This document shows positions 37,083-49,189 of a stretch of DNA of 64,000 bases, piece after piece; the first letter of the stretch is position 1; each line of letters starts with the position of its first letter. Made by a program: the position numbers and the translations under genes. The DNA comes from Chiloscyllium plagiosum (lineage: Eukaryota). The notes beneath the pieces were generated by a model, which ran no database searches, was not told the origin of the DNA, and saw only the letters and a program-made list of their open reading frames with translations. The stretch is from positions 32,334,271 to 32,398,270 of the forward strand of contig NC_057730.1 of assembly GCF_004010195.1 (NCBI RefSeq). Direction: 5' to 3'.

Positions 37083-38051
37083 TTTGTTGCGTGAGACTGT
37101 CCCTCACTCACCAGCACCACTAATCCAGAATCTGGTTTCCAGCATCTGCAGTCATTGTTTTTACCTCGTTGATTGATACCAGAGCATCTGGTTCCTCTCT
37201 GATTATTTTTTCTCTCTTATCCGGCATCCTGCAACTCATGGCCCCATAAACGAATTTATACATGGTCCAGTAGTCGACTTTGAAATGTATCACAGCGTAT
37301 CCTAATCCTCAACTGATAGTTTTTATACACGTTTCTCAACAGCAATATAGTTGCTGGCCAGTGAGCAAACTTCCCCCTACTAGTAGATGGTCATAAATCT
37401 TCCCGAGACCAGCTGAACACAGACTCGATGGAACCTGTGATCCCACTGACAGTGGCTTTACACCGAGCCACCAGCAGCTCTGAACAGAATCCTATTGTGC
37501 AGAAGGAAGCCATTTGGCCCATCGTAACAATGCTTTGAGGTCAGTCTTAACTCCGCAGCTCTTTCCCATATGCCATCTACAGCTATGGAAAATTAACATT
37601 TACAGTGAGAAAGACAATATTTGAAATAGGACAGGAACAATTCTGATAAGAGGTTGTCATCTTGAAATGTTTACTCTTTCTTTCTTCACAAATGCTACCT
37701 GATCTGTTGGGTACTTTCAGTGATAATCTTTGCACTGATTTCTTGCCTCCTTCAGATTATTGTTTAACAACCACAACCGGAGGTAGGTCATGAAATGGAA
37801 GGTGGATGGAAAGCAGGTTAAGGCAATGATAGATGGAAGAGATGAGGAAGTGGGTGACTAGTGCCAACATCTCTGTTTCTAGCCTGCAGCATTGCTCCAG
37901 CAAAGCTCAACCCAAACTGGAGGAACAATACTTTATCTTCTGCCCATGTGCTTAACAGTTGATTTTAACAATTTCAGAGTGTAAACACCCTCCTCCATGT
38001 TTGTCACTCAACCCCACAGTCTAAGATCCTGTTCTGTTGGTGTTCCCAGCA

Positions 38052-38212
38052 CAGAATGTGGTGCTGGAAAAGCACAGCAGGTCATCAGGAATGTGCTTCT
38101 TCATAAAGAGCTTATGCCCAAAATGGCGATTCTCCTGCTCCTCTGATGCTGCCTGACCTGCTGTGCTTTTCCAACACCACACTCTCGACCCTGATTTCCA
38201 GCATCTGCAATC
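38052..38212. mobile_element. Fold-back Penelope pLTR pair
   Basis: GTGGTGCTGGAAAAGCACAGCAGGTCA (~38058) inverted against TGACCTGCTGTGCTTTTCCAACACCAC (~38154). Confidence 0.65.
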
Positions 38213-38216
38213 CTCT

Positions 38217-38487
38217 GTGGCACAGTGGTTAGCACTGCTGCCTCACAGCGCCAGAGACCCGGGTTCCATTCCCGCCTCAGGCGACTGGCTGTGTGGAGTT
38301 TCCTCCGGGTGCTCCGGTTTCCTCCCACATTTCCAAAGATGTGCAGGTCTGGTGAATTGACCATGCTAAATTGCCCGTAGTGTCAGTGAAGGGGTAAATG
38401 TAGGGGTATGGGTGGGTTGCGCTTCGGCGGGTCAGTGTGGACTTGTTGGGCCAAAGGGCCTGTTTCCACACTGTAAGTAATCTAATC
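38217..38487 (+). mobile_element. HE1-type SINE (internal deletion)
   Basis: GTGGCACAGTGGTTAGCACTGCTGCCTCACAGCGCC...CTGTAAGTAATCTAATC. Confidence 0.85.
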
Positions 38488-40243
38488 CTCTCTTTCTCCT
38501 AGTTGTTCCCAGTGCAGACAACTTTGGCATAACAGCCTTCCAGTGTGGTGACCTCCCATCCTGGCCTAGCAGCTCCCCACCAGGTGTTGTGGCGTCCCAG
38601 GGTAGCCTCCCAGCGTGGCGTGGCATCCTCTGCCTAGCATGGTGGTCTGAAGCAATCTCCCAGCCTCATGATTCTCAATGTGAAGCCCTGCATGGTCTGG
38701 AGCCAAGACCTGATGCTGACTGGAGGCTCGGTGCCAGAGTGAATTGATTGGAAGACTCTTGTTCTGGACTTTTATTTCTGCAATGCTGGATATTTTATTT
38801 CTCTATTTTCCAAGATCTTGTAACTAAAGAAGCTGTACTGAGGTATCTTTGTAACGAAGATGGAGCTATACGTGGCGACATATAAACTTTTCACTGTACC
38901 CATGAGTATATGTGATAATGAAGCTAATTCACTCATTCATTCTATTTCCAACATTTCTACATTTTTCTACATATCTACATATCTCCCTTTCAGCTTATCA
39001 TCAATTCCTTTGTTGCCTCTCCATTTGTCTCTCTCTCTCTCTGTTCATGTATCCTACTCAATTCCTGCTATTCACCCCCATCATCAGCGTAAATACCTTT
39101 CCCATCTGGTTTCAGTCCTGACAAAGGGTCACTAGATTTGAAATGTTAATTTAGGTTTTCTCTCTACAGATACTGCCAGACCTACTAATCATATCCAGCA
39201 TGTTCGGTTTTTGTTTCAGATCTCCAGTGTCTGCAGATCTTTATTTTATTATAGTAATATAGGAAACCTGGAGTGAATGAGAGTAAATGAGAGAAGACAT
39301 GCATTCAATCATGAGAGTTGAGGATCATGAATTTTGAGAGCAGATGTGGACAAAAGCAGAGTGAAGTGAGTGTGAGTGAGGAGAGAGAAGAACTTACCCT
39401 CATCGAGCAAACAAGGTTATTGACTTCTTTAAAAGCTGAAAGAACTGCAGATGTTGTAAATCAGAAATAAAAACAGAAGTTGCTGGAAAAGCTCAGCAGG
39501 TCTGGCAGCACCTGTGAGCTCTGTAGACGGGTCATTGGACCCGAAACATTAATATTGCTTTTTTTGCCACATTGCTGGGCATTGTTCTGGTTTGTGGTCA
39601 CTGCATTGATGCAGGAAGCAACTTTGGATAAGGCTGGCAGGATCTTGTCCATGGTGTCCTCTGGAAATCCTGAGGAAACAGGACGGCTCTCCTTTGCACC
39701 AGTAGCCAGTACTTCCACTATAGATAGCAGAAGATAGTATGGGTAGGGTATCATAGAGCCCTGGTGCATAGATAATGAGATGAACTGTACAGATTAGCTT
39801 GGAAAAACTCACTAGAATTTCATGGAGAGAACCCCTCCATGAAACTCGCCAAAATTAACATTTAACTAATTACTAATAAAATTCAGCCCGATGACTTTAT
39901 TTATAAAGCTCAGAATCCTGTAAGAGTTATCATTTGCTTTCTCAACGTGTCCTACCACCTTTAAGGATTTGAGCCCATAAAATCCAGGTCCCTCTGACCC
40001 TGCATTCCAGTTAGAATTGTTTCCTTTACTTTACACAACCTTTCCTCAGTCTTCCTACCAAAAGATGTCGCTTTAAATTTTACTACATTAAATTTGATTT
40101 GCTACATGTTTGCCCATTCCACTGATATGTCTATATCATTTTCAAGTCTATTGCTATCCTCTTCACAGTTCACAATATTTCCATGCCTTATGACACCTGC
40201 AAATTTTGAATTTGTGCCCTATTGATCAACGCTGAATTTAGGT

Positions 40244-40368
40244 TCCTGAAGAAGGGCTTATGCCCGAAACGTCGATTCTCCTGCTCCTTTGATGCTGCCT
40301 GACCTGCTGCCTTTTCCAGCAACACATTTTTCAGCTCTGATCTCCAGTATCTGCAGTCCTCACTTTTT
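40244..40368 (+). mobile_element. Short Penelope-like pLTR copy with intact hammerhead core
   Basis: CTGAAGAAGGGCTTATGCCCGAAACGTC at 40246-40273; flanks CCCTAT(T/A)GATCAAC at 40217-40230 and 40369-40382. Confidence 0.85.
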
Positions 40369-41224
40369 CCCTATAGATCAACATCTAGGTCTATATTATG
40401 TGTCAAGTACAACAGTGGTTCTAATATGGTATTGACCTCCAGGATACCCCACTGCATACTTTCCTACTTTCCTAATTTATGCAAAGCCCAAACCACAAAA
40501 AATAACTATTATTTAAAAAATAATCCATTTGCATCTGTCATTCAGTCAAGTATTTTCTGTACTGCCACTGCTTCTTTTATTCCATGGGTTTCAAATTTAG
40601 AAGTAAAAGTGTTATGTGGCACTTTATCAAAATACTTTTGGAGGTCTAAGTACACCCATCAACTGCATTATGTTTGTTAACAGTCTTTATTACTTCATTG
40701 TAAGTCTCAACTAAATGAACTCTCAGCTCCAGGAACCCATGACAGATTTTTTTGAAAGCATATGTTTAGTTTCTAGTTTGTTCCTTTGCAAGGAAACACA
40801 CACGGCTGTCTGGGATTATGATGAGGCATCTACATATACTGACTCATTGGTTCCTTGCCAATGTGAACCAACTGTCTGCACTGTTTATTCTGTACATAAT
40901 GGCAATAGAATTCAGTTCACATGGTTTCTAGAGTAAGTAGGAATTGGGTAAGAATCCTTAATGAAATGGGAACCATTACTGATTCAATTAAAATCAAGGG
41001 AAGATTTACACTCATTACATATTTTCACAACCTCACAAAACATTTTATAAACTAATAAAGTACTTTTGAAATGTTCAAACCACAGGATAATAGGACAATA
41101 CAGGACAAAACATGGTCATTCAGTCCATTGTAACTGAGCTGGCATTTTAAAGTGCTAGGGAATTAGTGCTAATACCCTACTTTTTTCTCATAACCCTGTG
41201 AATGTTTTCCTTTAAACATTTAGA

Positions 41225-41480
41225 ATAGATTAGATTCCCTACAGTGTGGAAACAGGCCCATTGGCCCAACCAGTCCACACCGACCCACCGAAGAGTAACC
41301 CAACCAGACCCACTTCCCTCTGACTAGTGCACCTAACACTATGGGCAATTTAGCATGGCCAATTCACCTGCCCATCTTTGGACTGTGGGAGGAAACTGGA
41401 GCACCCGGAGAAACCCACGCAGACACGGGGAGAATGTGCAAACTCCACACAGACGGTTGCCCAAAGATGGAATTGAACCT
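41225..41480 (-). mobile_element. HE1-type SINE
   Basis: V-domain and tail as in the other copies. Confidence 0.85.
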
Positions 41481-42260
41481 GGTTATCCAACACCATTTTG
41501 AAAGATGCCATTGATTGTGCTTCCACCCCACCCTCTTTCAGGTAGTACATTCTTGACCATAACAACTCTGCATATTTTTCCCTTTTCACCTCTTTTGTAT
41601 AGTAGCTAATTTATGCAAAGCCCAAACCACAAACAATGAGTTAATAATGAGCAGAAGGGATTCGTGAGAATGGTTCCAGGCATGAGGGAATTCAATTGTG
41701 AAGATAGATTGGAGATTTAGGACTCTTCCTTGGAAAAGACTGAGGGGCGATCTGAGAAAATTATTCAAATTCATGAAGTGTCTGGACAGAGTAGATAGGG
41801 AGAAATTGTTCTTGCTTGTGAAAGGATCACGAAAGAGAGGGCACAGATTTGGATAGGAAAGTGTTGGAGAGATATGGGCCAGGAGCGGACAGGTCGAACA
41901 AGTTTAGTTTGGGATTATGTTTGGCGTGGACTGGTTTAACCGAAAGGTCTGTTTCCATGCTGTGTCACTCTATGACTCTATTTAAGGCACTTGGTAAAAG
42001 AAGCAAAAATAATTTTACTGAAAACTTTTTCATGTCGTGGATGGATAAGATCTGGAATGCATTGCCTGAAGGTATAGTAAAGCAATATTCAACTAAATCC
42101 ATGCCATTTTGAAAATAAAGAATGTGCATTGTTACAGGAAGAAGGCAGAAGAATGGCATTGAGTGAAATTTTCATTCAGAGATCTTTTGCCAACATAATG
42201 GTCTGAATTCTCTATAATGATAAATGAACACTTTTAGAGATGTTGGTTGTGAAAGTAATA

Positions 42261-42834
42261 TAGAGTCACAGACATTTACAGCACGGAACCAGACCTTTCG
42301 GTCCAACTCGTCCATGCCAACCAAATATCCCAACCTAATCTAGTCCCATTTGCCAGCACTTGGCCCATATCCCTCTAAACCCTTCCAATTCATATATACA
42401 TCCAGATGCCTTATAAATGTTGCAATTGTACCAGCCTCCACCACTTCCTCTGGCAGCTCATTCCATACACACACCACCCTCTGTGTGAAAATGTTGCCCC
42501 TTAGGTCTCTTTTATATCTTTCCCCTCTCACCCTAAACCTATGCCCTCTTGTTCTGGACTACGCCACCACAGGGAAAAGACTTTGTCTATTTATCCTATC
42601 CATGCCCCTCATGAGTTTATAAACCTCTACGAGACATCCCTCAGCCTTCGATGCTTCAAGGAAAACAGCCCCAGCCCATTCAACCTCTCCCTATAGCTCA
42701 AATCCTCCAACCCTGGTAATAGCCTTGTAAATTTTTTTTGAACCCTTTCAAGTTTCACAATATCCTTCTGATAGGAAGGAGACCAGAATTGCACGCAATA
42801 TTCCAACAGTGGCCTAACCAATGTCCTGTACAGC
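42261..42834 (-). mobile_element. CR1 LINE 3' end
   Basis: [14 protein letters not shown]...[10 protein letters not shown]; RYKRDLRGNIFTQRVVCVWNELP. Confidence 0.9.
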
Positions 42835-42849
42835 TTTTCAGCAGTCTAA

Positions 42850-43400
42850 TTCTCTTTATCAATAATCAAGGAAAAAAACTTCTTCACTACTGTGAGTCAA
42901 ATAACCCATCCATATTCATACTACTGCAACAGTTTTAATACCCATTTATTTTCCTTTTTTCTCTGAGAATTCCTGAGTAGTTCCTCCTGCTGCAATTGGT
43001 CTCTCCTTTAACTTTCAGAAAGTGGCTTCATTTGTACAGTCTTATTACAATAGAAGCATATCCTTATCTTTATAACATATTTAGGTTCTAGTTTTTCCTT
43101 TATGACTTTGGAGGTCCTTCTCTTTGTTCCCAAAACCTAATACTATTTCCCAACATATAACTGTTGACTGCATAACATATAATAGATATCTGCCAGAAAT
43201 GATGCTTCCCAGAGCTTTGATACTTGACGCTCATCTAAATAAGATTTAAGGTTTACTGGAATACTATTTTGGAATTCTTCCATTAGCATGATTGCTTTCA
43301 CATTTTCAATTATTTTCTTGCTGACTTCAGTGATTGAAACCACTAATCTCATAAAATGTATTTTGTTTTGCAAATTCTTGATTTCTTTTTTGTAATCTTA
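42850..43400 (-). mobile_element. Gypsy (Gmr1-like) gag relic
   Basis: MLMEEFQNSIPVNLKSYLDERQVSKLWEASFLADIY, then a CFYCNK zinc-knuckle start at ~43040-43060. Confidence 0.6.
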
Positions 43401-44226
43401 CAGCCAAACAATGACCATCATCAGCAAGAGAGAATCTAACCATCGCTCCTTCACTTTCATTGACATTAGTATCACTGAATCTTCCACTATCGAAATCCTG
43501 AGAGTTACCATTGACCAGATACTGAACTGGATTAGCATGAAAATACTGTGACCACAAAAGCAGGTCAGAGGCTAAGAGTTCTGTGGCAGGTAACTCACCT
43601 CGTTTCTCTCAATATCTATTCAAGGCACAATCAGGAATGTGATGGAATACTCCCCATTTGCCTGGATGACTGCAGCTCCAACAACACTCAAGAAGCTTGA
43701 CATGATCCAGCACAAAGCAGACTAAGACATTAGGAAGATGTCATCTTCTCTTTTACAAATATGGATTTTTAAATTATCTATTTAACAGAGCAGATTGGGC
43801 TTTTGTTTGATATTTATTGCAGTGATTGCCTGAATTTTGTGCTCATGTCTGAAATTTGTGACACAGAAAGAAAGGAGCTACAACTGTATCAAGGCTGACA
43901 CAGATTTAAACACCACAACATCACCTCTGCCACTAAAGATCAAAAGGCAGCGTGAATCTTAAACCTGGAGCAAGGTTAGGTTGCAATAATGGGCCCTATT
44001 TTAATTTTGTGCAAGAAGATCGATTTTGAATCAGTTGAAATCTCATGGCAATAATTCGGCAGGAACTGTTATCACAGCCCCACTGCTAACATGCTTTACC
44101 ATGTCACTGTGGCTTAAGTGGTCCCATTCATGTTTCTGAGTTACAGATTCTCAATTCAGGTATCCAATCTAGGGTTTAAATACAAAAATACGCATCTGAA
44201 GGAGTGCTGCACTTGTTTAAAGTGCT

Positions 44227-45793
44227 CGAGGAGAAAGTGAGGACTGCAGATGCTGGAGATCAGAGCTGAAAATGTGTTGCTGGAAAAGCGCAGCAGGTCA
44301 GGCAGCATCCAAGGAACAGGAGAATCAACGTTTCGGGCATAAGCCCTTCTTCAGGAATGAGGAAAGTGTGTCCAGCAGGCTAAGATAAAAGGTAGAGAGG
44401 AGGGACTTGTGGGAGGGGCGTTGGAGATGCGATAGGTGGAAGGAGGTCAAGGTGAGGGTGATAGGCCGGAGTGGGGTGGGGGCGGAGAGGTCAGGAAGAA
44501 GATTGCAGGTTAGGAANNNNNNNNNNNNNNNNNNNNNNNNNNNNNNNNNNNNNNNNNNNNNNNNNNNNNNNNNNNNNNNNNNNNNNNNNNNNNNNNNNNN
44601 NNNNNNNNNNNNNNNNNNNNNNNNNNNNNNNNNNNNNNNNNNNNNNNNNNNNNNNNNNNNNNNNNNNNNNNNNNNNNNNNNNNNNNNNNNNNNNNNNNNN
44701 NNNNNNNNNNNNNNNNNNNNNNNNNNNNNNNNNNNNNNNNNNNNNNNNNNNNNNNNNNNNNNNNNNNNNNNNNNNNNNNNNNNNNNNNNNNNNNNNNNNN
44801 NNNNNNNNNNNNNNNNNNNNNNNNNNNNNNNNNNNNNNNNNNNNNNNNNNNNNNNNNNNNNNNNNNNNNNNNNNNNNNNNNNNNNNNNNNNNNNNNNNNN
44901 NNNNNNNNNNNNNNNNNNNNNNNNNNNNNNNNNNNNNNNNNNNNNNNNNNNNNNNNNNNNNNNNNNNNNNNNNNNNNNNNNNNNNNNNNNNNNNNNNNNN
45001 NNNNNNNNNNNNNNNNNNNNNNNNNNNNNNNNNNNNNNNNNNNNNNNNNNNNNNNNNNNNNNNNNNNNNNNNNNNNNNNNNNNNNNNNNNNNNNNNNNNN
45101 NNNNNNNNNNNNNNNNNNNNNNNNNNNNNNNNNNNNNNNNNNNNNNNNNNNNNNNNNNNNNNNNNNNNNNNNNNNGGCGGAGTCGAAGGAGTTGGGAGAA
45201 TGGGATGGCGTTTTTACAGGGGGCAGGATGGGAGGTGGTGTAGTCCAGGTAGCTGTGGGAGTCGGTCGGTTTGTAGTAGATGTCCGTGTTGATTTGTTCG
45301 CCTGAGATAGAAATAGAAAGGTTGAGGAAGGGGAGGGAGGAATCTGAGATTGTCCAGGTGAATTTGAGGTCGGGGTGGAAGGTTTTGGTGAAGTGGATGA
45401 ACTGTTCAACTTCCTCGTGGGAGCACGAGGCGGCGCCGATATAGTCATCGATGTAGCGGAGGAAAAGGTGGGGGGTGGGGCCAGTGTAGCTGCGGAAGAT
45501 GGACTGTTCCACATATCCTACGAAGAGGCAGGCATAGCTGGAGCCCATGCGGGTGCCCATGGCTACTCCTTTGTTTTGGAGGAAGTGGGAGGATTGGAAA
45601 GAGAAGTTGTTCAGGGTGAGGACCAGTTCAGTCAGTCGCCCCTCCCACAAGTCCCTCCTCCCTACCTTTTATCTTAGCCTGCAGGACACACTTTCCTCAT
45701 TCCTGAAGAAGGGCTTATGCCCGAAACGTCGATTCTCATGTTCCTTGGATGCTGCCTGACCTGCTGCGCTTTTCCAGCAACACATTTTCAGCT
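44227..45793 (-). mobile_element. Penelope-like retroelement: RT core, 3' pLTR, inverted pLTR at its 5' end, 15-bp TSD
   Basis: NNFSF...GVAMGTRMG..YACLF...RYIDD...FLNL...YYKPTD..YLDYTTSHP is PLE RT. 45637-45793 is an inverted copy of ~44263-44420. CTTGTTTAAAGTGCT is duplicated at 44212-44226 and 45794-45808. Confidence 0.93.
44517..45175. other. Assembly gap (659 N)
   Basis: Run of N inside the Penelope element, where the GIY-YIG domain would be expected. Confidence 1.
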
Positions 45794-45808
45794 CTTGTTT
45801 AAAGTGCT

Positions 45809-46100
45809 GTCTTATTGATGAATCATTAAGTCAAAGGCAGCATTTATTTGCTTAGGAGGATGTAAAAAAACTCCCATGATGCTATTTTGAAGAAGAGCAG
45901 AGGAATTATCTGGTGTTCCATTCAACATGTATCCTGCAATCAACTTCATCAAAACTTTTTTTTATTGCCCGTTATCACATTGTTGTTCAGGGAGCTGGCT
46001 GCTGCATTTTCTACAATTTAAGAGACTATGCTTCAAAAATAATTTGTTGACTTTTAGATGGCCAGTCATGGTGAAAAGCATCATGCAAAAATGCAAGTCA
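45809..46100 (+). mobile_element. Deu-core SINE, 3' part (5' part at ~44130-44226, split by the Penelope element)
   Basis: GGAGTGCTGCAC|...GATGAATCATTAAG...CTATTTTGAAGAAGAGCAG...TTATCACATTGTTG...AAATGCAAGTC. Confidence 0.65.
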
Positions 46101-46858
46101 TTGATTTGAAACATGAGCCATGTTTCTCGAAAAGTGCTGCCAGACCAACTGAGTATTTCCAAGTATTTTCTGTTAAGTCTTAAGTCTTTGTTCCTCAGGT
46201 TGCAAAAGGAATGGAAGTGATGCACGGTCAGGATCACAGCTGTGTCTACTTTTATTCTCAGATCATAGACTTTCACCTTTCATCTTAAAACTTTCTGTCT
46301 AATGAACAACAAGTGGGTCTTTAAATGACCAGAAGGACAAATAAGATTTAATTTGCAAAACATGTTTAGGATGAAATCAAGACATTAGTATATATACTGG
46401 AGTTTGAAGGTGCGATAAACAGAGTTACCCTTAAAATTCCAAGTGCCTTTCATCCCAACCATCACTGAAGTGAAACTGAAATATGGGTCACAGATCGGTT
46501 TTGCTTGGATTCAATAGCATTCAGACCAGATCCTTAGGTTGCTATTTGGAGTGTCTGGGGTCAGTTTGAAGGAATGTGTTGGGGAGGGTGGTATTCCCAA
46601 GCTTTGCAGAGAAATTCCTTCATTTTTCCCTTTAAAAGGCTTTAGTAGTGATAAGTACACAAGTACGCTTGAGGCTTTCTGAAAACCCTTACTAAAGTTA
46701 TGATTGGGAACTGAACTCGTATATTTCTGGTCCTGAGGAAGGGTCACTGATTAACTCTGATTTCTCTCCACAGATGCTGTCAGATCTGCTGAGTTTTTCC
46801 AGCTTTTTCTGTTTTTGTTTATAGTTTCCAGCATCTGCAGTTCTTTGATTTTTTTTTA

Positions 46859-47523
46859 CAGCTTTCCCCAGGTTACGAATGCCTGACTTGCGAACGCCTG
46901 TATTTACAAACTAAAGCCTATGTTTTTAAAAAATTGAGTTACGTACAATGGTTTGTACTAACGAATGGGTGAACTACTTTGCGGGACGCTCAAAACACTA
47001 CGTGTTTTCAGTGGTTCGTCAGCCCAAGGGAGAACAATGCCACATTGTCATCCTCAATGACAATGATGTCTTAGACTTGCTTGAATCCCATGCTGAAGAA
47101 CTGACTAATGAGGACCTTATGGAGTTGGAGCAGCAGATGATAGCATTTGAGGAAGAAGGCTGGGCCTGAGAAACGCCAGAATCCAAGAAGGTTTTGACGA
47201 AGGAATTGAACATGGATGGCAAAGTTAGAAGAGCAAGATCCTAATGCAAAGAGGTTCACCAAAGTTTACCGGATAGTTGCCTACGGCCTCAGCTGCTACA
47301 AGGCCATCTCTCTTTCTCAATTACAAATACTGTGCTGTAATTACATTTATTATTATTACTACATTATATTTAAGATGTTTTAAGTAAAATATATACTATA
47401 TACTAAGACAAACATTTGACTAATTGACACTAGATGTGAACTGTAACTCTTCCGACTTACATACAAATTCGACTTAGGAACAGACTTAAAAATGGAACTT
47501 GTTCATAACCTGGGGACTTCCTG
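46859..47523 (+). mobile_element. Tigger/pogo DNA transposon, internally deleted
   Basis: TA|CAGCTTTCCCCAGGTTACGAA ... TTCATAACCTGGGGACTTCCTG|TA: imperfect TIRs with TA duplication. Internal DVLDLLESHAEELTNEDLMELEQQ is a Tigger transposase C-terminal motif. Confidence 0.85.
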
Positions 47524-48099
47524 TACATATATTTTTTATCTTCAGCCCACTTGAAGTATTGCAAATGGTGGAAACATTACCTAACTGTCCAAAGGGCCTT
47601 AGTCCTAGAAACAGTAAAAGTATCTCTGCCTTGGACCAAGAGTAGATTAATCCAAATGAGCAAAACCATGCACCCAGCTCAACTGCATAATTCCCTGAAG
47701 GACATGGGAAAGGTTCCTAGTGCTGGCAAATGGGACTAGATTAATTCAGGATATCTGGTCAGCATGGACAAGTTGGACTGAGGGGTCTGTTACCATGTGG
47801 TACACCTCTATGACATTTGTAAAGTTTTGATTATTATAAATGGGTCAACACTAAAGTAATTATAGTTAATTTTGATTATATCACGTTTATACGGTTGTGA
47901 ATACCTTTTAAAGAACCTTTAAGAGAATACCTGAGAGAAAATACTTTTTAAAATATTGAAAATAAAAAGTGTAGATTCACTAAATTGTCAGAAATGGTGT
48001 TAGGTTGATTACAGCTAACATAAAGACGACAGACCGAAAAAGCTCCTTCTGCAACCATTCCCTAAATCAATTCATAATTCACCAGGATTCCTTGACTGT

Positions 48100-48361
48100 G
48101 AACCACGCCCACCGGTTGCTAGGAGAGCACCCGGCTGCCAATCAATAAGTCTCCGCCCACCAACGACAGCAAACCACCAATCAACCGTGCGAGACCTGCC
48201 CATCACGTGACCGATCTCATGTCAATCATGAAGGAACGCGCCTGTGGGCGGTCTCAGATATGACGCCGTTGCTGGGAACTGCCAATCAATTTAGGGCGCT
48301 GGGCCAGGAAACGGATGTTGTCATCACGTTCCCAGCAGGCGCCGGGCTGTGAGGGACAGCG
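48100..48361 (+). promoter_or_regulatory. UBFD1 CpG-rich promoter / 5' UTR
   Basis: GC boxes at 48103-48112 and 48151-48160; CCAAT at 48138, 48177 and 48282; E-box TCACGTGAC at 48203-48211; RFX-like GTTGCT(A/G)GG at 48115 and 48268; TGACG at 48261. Confidence 0.75.
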
Positions 48362-48377
48362 ATGGCGGCTAGGGATG
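48362..48377 (+). CDS. UBFD1: UBFD1 coding exon 1 (MAARD-G)
   Basis: GCGATGGCG Kozak context at the end of the promoter; donor G|GTAGGT; phase 1 matches exon 2; human UBFD1 has a similar short first exon. Confidence 0.75.
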
Positions 48378-49189
48378 GTAGGTAGTGGTTATGGCCGAGT
48401 GCTGAGCTGGGTATCCCGGTCTGTCTGCAGAGAGACACTGCTCTCTTTGCTGTGCTGGTTGGTGTTGCATATGCATTCTCCCATTGTTGGGGTCCCACTA
48501 TCACGAGATGTGTTGAACAGAGACTCGAGGCCCAGTGTGATCAAGATGCAATCACTTGAGGAGAGTGGAGTTATCAGGAGACCAGGGTGCGAGGGACGTG
48601 TGGTGGGGCGGTGAGCTTGGAGACCCGGGTGTGAGGGATTTAGCTATGAGGTGTTCTGGTGGGAGACCAAGGTGCGAGGCATTTGGCATGGGCGTTGGGG
48701 AGAGGTTGTCTGAAACCCCAAGATGTGAGTGTTTTGGAGGTGGGTTTGGGGTGGACACCGAATGAAAGGAATTTTTTTTTAGGTGGGGGTAGACGTTGTT
48801 AGACGATAAGGGGCAAGGTAGCAGTGTATGAGGATGGTGTTGAGCTGGAGATCAGAATATGTAGGTGAAAATATTGACATCTTTGCTGGCTTCTCTGTAT
48901 AACAAAGTCATTGTAGGCAGGATGTGGTAACAGCTGAAGTTCTTTGCAGTTATGGAAGGTTCAGGACATTTTCAATTGCTTGAATCTTTTCTAAGAAAAG
49001 GTTCTGTTATTTTGGATACTGTGTATGAGTGCTTTGGGACAGTACAGATTGACTGATGGCTGGTGATTTTGAACTTATGGTCCCCAAAACATAGGGAATT
49101 GGCTCTGAGGAATAGAGGGTTTTCATAATCTGATGTCTGGGTTTTTTGTAGAGATTGATTTTGTCATAGAGCTGTATTACATGAAAACC

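Noticed and set aside
44325-45650. Longest ORFs in the track (441, 334, 278 and 273 aa)
   Set aside because: Their length is an artefact of translating through 659 N; the real part is Penelope RT, and the apparent start comes from the inverted pLTR.
48315-48765. ORFs over UBFD1 exon 1 / intron 1
   Set aside because: G-rich sequence downstream of a promoter gives chance ORFs with no recognisable domain.
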